From Planctomycetota bacterium (GTDB taxonomy: Bacteria; Planctomycetota; GCA-002687715; CAIWVZ01), in the NCBI GenBank assembly GCA_044222185.1, contig JBGANV010000010.1, positions 32,001 through 96,000 on the forward strand: DNA of 64,000 nucleotides. The letters are read 5' to 3'. Below, one piece after another: positions 59,976-64,000 of the stretch. The stretch's first letter is position 1; every line of letters begins with the position of its first letter. The notes below the pieces were generated by a model. The model made no database searches. It was not told the DNA's origin and worked only from the letters and a program-made list of their open reading frames with translations. The translations under genes and the position numbers were made by a program.

Positions 59976-61438
59976 ATCCCGCCGCCCCGCGTCAACGCCT
60001 GTCCGTGGTCGCCGTGTGTGCGATATTCGTCGGGCTGTCGGTGGCGAGCAGCGTTCGCTCGACGGCGTTCATCGAGGCTGACGACGTCACCCACTACCTC
60101 TACTCGCGCTGGTTGTTCGAGTATCCGCGCAAGGCCGTGGACATCTGGGGAAGGCCGCTCGTCACGCTGTTCTACGCGCTTCCGGCGCAGCTCGGGCCTC
60201 TGTCGGCGCGGCTGGGTTCGATCCTGCTCGGCCTCGTCGCCGTGTGGACGGCGTGGCGCGTTGCAGCCAGTTCGGGCCTCCGGCGCGCGGCCCTCGTCGT
60301 CGCCGCGACGCTCGGCCTCCCATACGTCTTCACCCAGACCTGCGGGATTCTGACGGAGCTCCTGTTTGCGGCCCTGCTGGGCCTGGGGTTCGTGGCATAC
60401 CGTTCGAGCCGTCCCAGGGCGGCCGCCCTGGCGTGGTCGCTGCTGCCGCTCGCGCGTCCCGAGGGCTTCTTTCTCGGTCTCCTCTTCGGACTCGTCTTCC
60501 TGTTCGCCCGGCGTGCCCACACGACGCCGCGACTCTCGCCGGCGCGCTTCGCCAACGCCATGCTGCTCGGCAGCGGCACGGCGGTGTGGTGGCTCTCGGG
60601 TCTACCGATCTATCGCAGCGCGGCGTGGCTGATCGAGGAATGGCCGAAGAACTGGGCCGTCGAAAGCGTCTACGGGCACGGCCACCCGCTGCACTTCGTC
60701 GGGTTCCTCGCCGTCGTCGTGACTCCGGCGCTGATCCCGCCGTTCGTCGTCGGTGCTCGCGTGGCATGGCTTGCGGGCCGACGACTCGAATTGCTCGTGA
60801 TCGGTTTCGTCGTGGGCCTGCACGCGACGCTCTGGACGCTGGGCCTGTTCGGCTCGGCGGGATATCCGCGCTACCTCGTGACCGTCGCGCCGCTCATCGG
60901 CGCGGTCATCGCGCTCGGGATCGAGCGACTGTTTGCGGGGTGGACCCGGCTCCGATCCGCCGCTTCGACGGAGACGCGGTGGAGACGGTTCGAGATCGGT
61001 AGCGCGGCACTGCTGGCCACGGTGCTCATGTTCTGGCCCAACACCGGTCCCGTGCTCGGAGACGTGGACGTGAAATTCCTCACTGGGGTCTGGCCGTGGT
61101 GTTCGGCCTACCGCGCGGAGCATCCGACGATGCGCTTCGTCGTCGACCACCCGGCGTTCACCATGATCGGCGACTTCGATCCGTTCCGTCGCGGCTACCA
61201 GTTCAAGCCGAAGTTCCTGGACTATGCCGAGGTGGGCGACGTGGCCGTATGGGAGTCGAAGTTCGCCGCCCGTTACTCCGGCATCCGCAAGGAGGATCTG
61301 GCCCGGTACGGCTTCGAGCCGCTCCCGCGCGAGCTGGCCGTCGGTCCCGGTCCACACGCATGGGAGGCGCCCCGGCCTCCAGGCGGTGACCCCGAGCTCG
61401 CCGATTTCCAGTGGGACGTCCTCATCAAGCGGCGCTGA
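59972..61438 (+). CDS. GT-C fold glycosyltransferase 2 (paralogue of 1)
   Basis: GTGA overlap with paralogue 1; EADDVTH, WGRP, LTE, RPEG, WP.NW....YG.G and GYPRY are shared with it. Confidence 0.75.
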   Translation: MNPAAPRQRLSVVAVCAIFVGLSVASSVRSTAFIEADDVTHYLYSRWLFEYPRKAVDIWGRPLVTLFYALPAQLGPLSARLGSILLGLVAVWTAWRVAASSGLRRAALVVAATLGLPYVFTQTCGILTELLFAALLGLGFVAYRSSRPRAAALAWSLLPLARPEGFFLGLLFGLVFLFARRAHTTPRLSPARFANAMLLGSGTAVWWLSGLPIYRSAAWLIEEWPKNWAVESVYGHGHPLHFVGFLAVVVTPALIPPFVVGARVAWLAGRRLELLVIGFVVGLHATLWTLGLFGSAGYPRYLVTVAPLIGAVIALGIERLFAGWTRLRSAASTETRWRRFEIGSAALLATVLMFWPNTGPVLGDVDVKFLTGVWPWCSAYRAEHPTMRFVVDHPAFTMIGDFDPFRRGYQFKPKFLDYAEVGDVAVWESKFAARYSGIRKEDLARYGFEPLPRELAVGPGPHAWEAPRPPGGDPELADFQWDVLIKRR

Positions 61439-62054
61439 TCCGGAGCGAGCGCGCGGTGCGCGGCTACCATGGGCCCCATGGTGCGTCCTGAACGCGAACG
61501 AAGCCGAAGCCGCGGAATGCGGCCGAGGATCCGTTCGCGATGCCGTGTTGAACCTGCGGGTGTGAGTCCCGTCGCGGTAAGCGCCGCAGCGCCGCGTAGC
61601 GGATCCCGGATGCGAGGAGAGATCCGAAGCATCGAAGCGGGATGTCGAGAGCCCGGCGTGGACCGTAAGGCCTGCGCGCGGGGAGCCACGTCTTGGGCCG
61701 AATGCGAAAGCGTGAACCTTGCAGGCTCGTGACATTGGTGCCCGAAAGGGCGGGCAAGCCGAGCCGGTCATGTCGCGGCGAAGGCAACAGACCGCGCCCA
61801 GAAGCGGAGCGGCGCAGGCATCTCCCGAGGTATTGATAACGGCACGAGATGACCGCTCGACACGGAACAGGAGAGACCCTACCCGGCGGACCTCGTCAGC
61901 CGCAGCCGCTTCCTATGAGCCACAAGGGAAAGGGGAGCGAGTCGGGAGGGAGTCCGAGGAGCCCGTAGTACTGCCGACATCGGAGACCAGAACTCCGACG
62001 GAGGGAAGGGGCTCTGCTTTTGTTGCGTCCGCGGACGGGGGTAAGCGCGCGGGC

Positions 62055-63419
62055 ATGGCCGCAAGGCCCAACAACCCCAAAGAAGAAGCGCGAGAACTCC
62101 AACGCGGACTCTTCATGGCTGCCAGGCGCAGCCCGGTGCGGCGCTTCCACGCTCTCTTCGATCGGATCTCCAGGAGTGACGTCTTGGAGGAGGCGTGGCG
62201 GCGGGTTCGGAGCAATGGTGAAGCTGCCGGCGTCGATGGGGAAAGCCTCAAGATGATCGAGCAGAAGGGCGTCGAGGGGTTCCTCGAGGGCCTCGCGGCG
62301 GAGTCAGGAGCGGGACGCTATCGCCCAAAGCCGGTGAAGAGGCGAGACATCCCGAAGGCGGACGGGAAGCAGCGGTCGCTTGGGATCCCGACGGTGCGAG
62401 ATCGGGTGGCGCAGATGGCCGCGAAGATCGTGATCGAGCCGGTCTTCGAGGCCGACTTCAAGGACTGCTCCTTCGGGTTCCGTCCGAGAAGAAGCGCAAC
62501 CCAGGCGTTGGAGGCGATCCGCCTGCTTGGGGGTCGTGGACACCGCTTCGTCGTGGATGGCGACATCAAGAAGGACTTCGACAGCATCGATCAGGATCTC
62601 CTGATGGAGCGAGTCGCACCACGGATGTGTGATCGGCGTGTGCTCAAGCTGCTGTGGCAATGGCTCACGGCGGGCGTGATGGAGGAGGGCGAAGTGAGGA
62701 CATCCGTGGCGGGGACACCGCAAGGCGGCGTGATCTCACCGCTGGCTGCCAACATCTACCTGCACGACCTCGACAGACGCTGGCATGGCGAATGCGGGCA
62801 CCTCGGGAAACTCGTGCGGTACGCGGACGACTTCGTCGTTCTCTGCCGTACGAAAGCCGCGGCGCAGTCGGCCATGGCGTGGCTGAGAGAGGTGCTTGGG
62901 TCGTTGCGCCTCGAACTGCATCCGGACAAGACGAAACTGGTCGAACTCGGAGTGCACAAGGAAGGGTTCGTGTTCCTCGGCTGTCATCTGCGGTTGGTGC
63001 GCTCGGTGTTCAAGAACCGTGCATACCGCTTCCGGTGGCCGTCGCCGCGGGCCATGAACTCGATCCGAACACGCATCCGAGAGCTGACCGATCGCACGCG
63101 ATGGGCATGGAGGCAGGACCTCGACGCAGTCGTCGCGGGCCTGAACCCGGTCCTTCGCGGGTGGGTCCCTTTCACGCCGAAAGGGTGGGCTCCGTTCAGA
63201 GTGAAATCACCAGCATCGGAGAAGTTCCAGGAGATCGATCGGTACGTCTGCGAGCGGCTCACGAGGCTGCGGGCAGGATGGCACCGCAAGATCTGCCGCA
63301 AGGACCGACCGAGTCAGTTCCGGCTGAGGGACTGGTCACACCGCCGCTTCGTGCAAGAACACGGACGTCACAAGTTGCTCGGGACCGACCGTTACCCGGG
63401 AGGAGCGAACGCCGCATGA
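62055..63419 (+). CDS. ltrA: Group II intron reverse transcriptase/maturase (no endonuclease domain; possibly degenerating)
   Basis: RFHALFDRI, AGVDG, IPK.DGK.RSLGIPTVRDR, SFGFRP, GTPQGGVISP, VRYADD, FVFLG, LNPVLRGW. Start at ATG 62055; upstream sequence is ribozyme domains I-III. Confidence 0.93.
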   Translation: MAARPNNPKEEARELQRGLFMAARRSPVRRFHALFDRISRSDVLEEAWRRVRSNGEAAGVDGESLKMIEQKGVEGFLEGLAAESGAGRYRPKPVKRRDIPKADGKQRSLGIPTVRDRVAQMAAKIVIEPVFEADFKDCSFGFRPRRSATQALEAIRLLGGRGHRFVVDGDIKKDFDSIDQDLLMERVAPRMCDRRVLKLLWQWLTAGVMEEGEVRTSVAGTPQGGVISPLAANIYLHDLDRRWHGECGHLGKLVRYADDFVVLCRTKAAAQSAMAWLREVLGSLRLELHPDKTKLVELGVHKEGFVFLGCHLRLVRSVFKNRAYRFRWPSPRAMNSIRTRIRELTDRTRWAWRQDLDAVVAGLNPVLRGWVPFTPKGWAPFRVKSPASEKFQEIDRYVCERLTRLRAGWHRKICRKDRPSQFRLRDWSHRRFVQEHGRHKLLGTDRYPGGANAA

Positions 63420-63431
63420 GAAAACCATCGG

Positions 63432-63524
63432 GAAGCCGTGTGCGGGAAACCCGCACGCACGGTTTGAATGGGGGCGACAGGAAACGGAGCTACGAAGGCC
63501 ACTGCGCCTGAGGTCCATCCCATG
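63432..63524 (+). ncRNA. Group II intron domains V and VI
   Basis: GAAGCCGTGTGCGGGAAACCCGCACGCACGGTTT is a 34-nt domain V, followed by the GGGGGCGACAGG...CCTGAGGTCCATCCC stem. Confidence 0.92.
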
Positions 63525-64000
63525 AAGCGCCTTCTTTTCCGCACGGCCGGCGAGTCCCACGGCATGGGCTTGCTTGCATTCATCGAAGGGCTTCCGTTCG
63601 GGACACCGATCGACGTGCCCTTCATCGACGCCGCCCTGCGTCGGCGCCAGGGAGGCAAGGGGCGGAGCCGACGGCAGCAGATCGAGACCGATTCGGTCCG
63701 GGTCTTCGCGGGGTGCAAGCGGGGCCGCACGCTTGGGGGGCCCGTCGCGCTCTGGGTGGGCAACAAGGACGTGCGGATCGACGAGTACCGCAGGATCACC
63801 CGCCCACGCCCAGGTCATGCCGACCTGGCCGGCGCGATCCGCTTCCTCACGACGGACGTTGCCGACGTGATGGAGCGCGCCTCGGCACGGGAGACGGCGG
63901 CTCGGGTCGCCGCCGGCGCGCTGGCTCAATCCGTGCTCGACGAGGTGGGGATCCGGACCTTCGCCTGGGTCCGGGGGATCGGCGGGATCGATCTCGCGGG
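63522..64000 (+). CDS. aroC: Chorismate synthase (5' part; runs off the window end)
   Basis: Not in the ORF track. Manual translation: MKRLLFRTAGESHG...RRRQGGKGRS...RPRPGHADLAG...ERASARETAARVAAGA. Confidence 0.96.
   Translation, partial: MKRLLFRTAGESHGMGLLAFIEGLPFGTPIDVPFIDAALRRRQGGKGRSRRQQIETDSVRVFAGCKRGRTLGGPVALWVGNKDVRIDEYRRITRPRPGHADLAGAIRFLTTDVADVMERASARETAARVAAGALAQSVLDEVGIRTFAWVRGIGGIDLA

Larger units (their letters stand above)
61481..63524 (+). mobile_element. Group II intron (IIB-like) inserted at the aroC start codon
   Basis: 5' GTGCG at 61481; RT/maturase ORF; domain V at 63432-63465 (AGC triad, GAAA loop, AC bulge); domain VI with candidate bulged A at 63517. Removing 2044 bp gives CCCC-ATG-AAG-CGC, an intact aroC start. 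Confidence 0.92.

Noticed and set aside
61719-62054. N-terminal extension of the RT ORF in the track (566 aa)
   Set aside because: This region is ribozyme structure (domains I-III); protein similarity begins at about ATG 62055.
62055-63419. Retron, DGR or CRISPR-associated RT
   Set aside because: The GUGCG 5' end, domains V/VI, RT0 and domain X identify a group II intron; no TR/VR pair, msr-msd or cas1 is seen.

Overview
High-GC bacterial chromosomal window. Gene content and protein style suggest an uncultured Planctomycetota lineage (inference). 1-18.7 kb is a flagellar rod/hook/ring region: fliK-flgD-flgE and flgF-G-A-H-I-J-N-K-L on the minus strand, each behind a sigma54-like GG-N10-GC motif, plus a probable flgM. 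Inserted between the two operons are an FG-GAP surface protein and an operon of two SPFH paralogues with triplicated N-terminal modules and a small membrane protein. The middle holds housekeeping and envelope genes: M14 peptidase, HDOD protein, glpD, an RND efflux triad, trmO, a phosphoesterase/beta-propeller protein with a GH38-like partner, metH, msrA, a REC-HD-GYP protein, rph-rdgB-lepA-lepB-lptB, a two-component system, comEA-like-nadC-birA-msbA-like, an HU/IHF gene, Smr-less mutS2 and two GT-C glycosyltransferases. Three intergenic arrays belong to one REP/REPIN-like family (GGA[A/G]CGCC...GGCG[T/C]TCC). The most striking element is a 2,044-bp group II intron inserted exactly at the start codon of aroC. 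Its putative EBS1 loop contains CAUG, and its 3' end carries a Shine-Dalgarno-like GAGGT plus a new ATG, so aroC keeps a start codon whether or not the intron splices. Its maturase domain carries what looks like an IS21-type end scar. All calls come from reading the sequence; no database searches were run.
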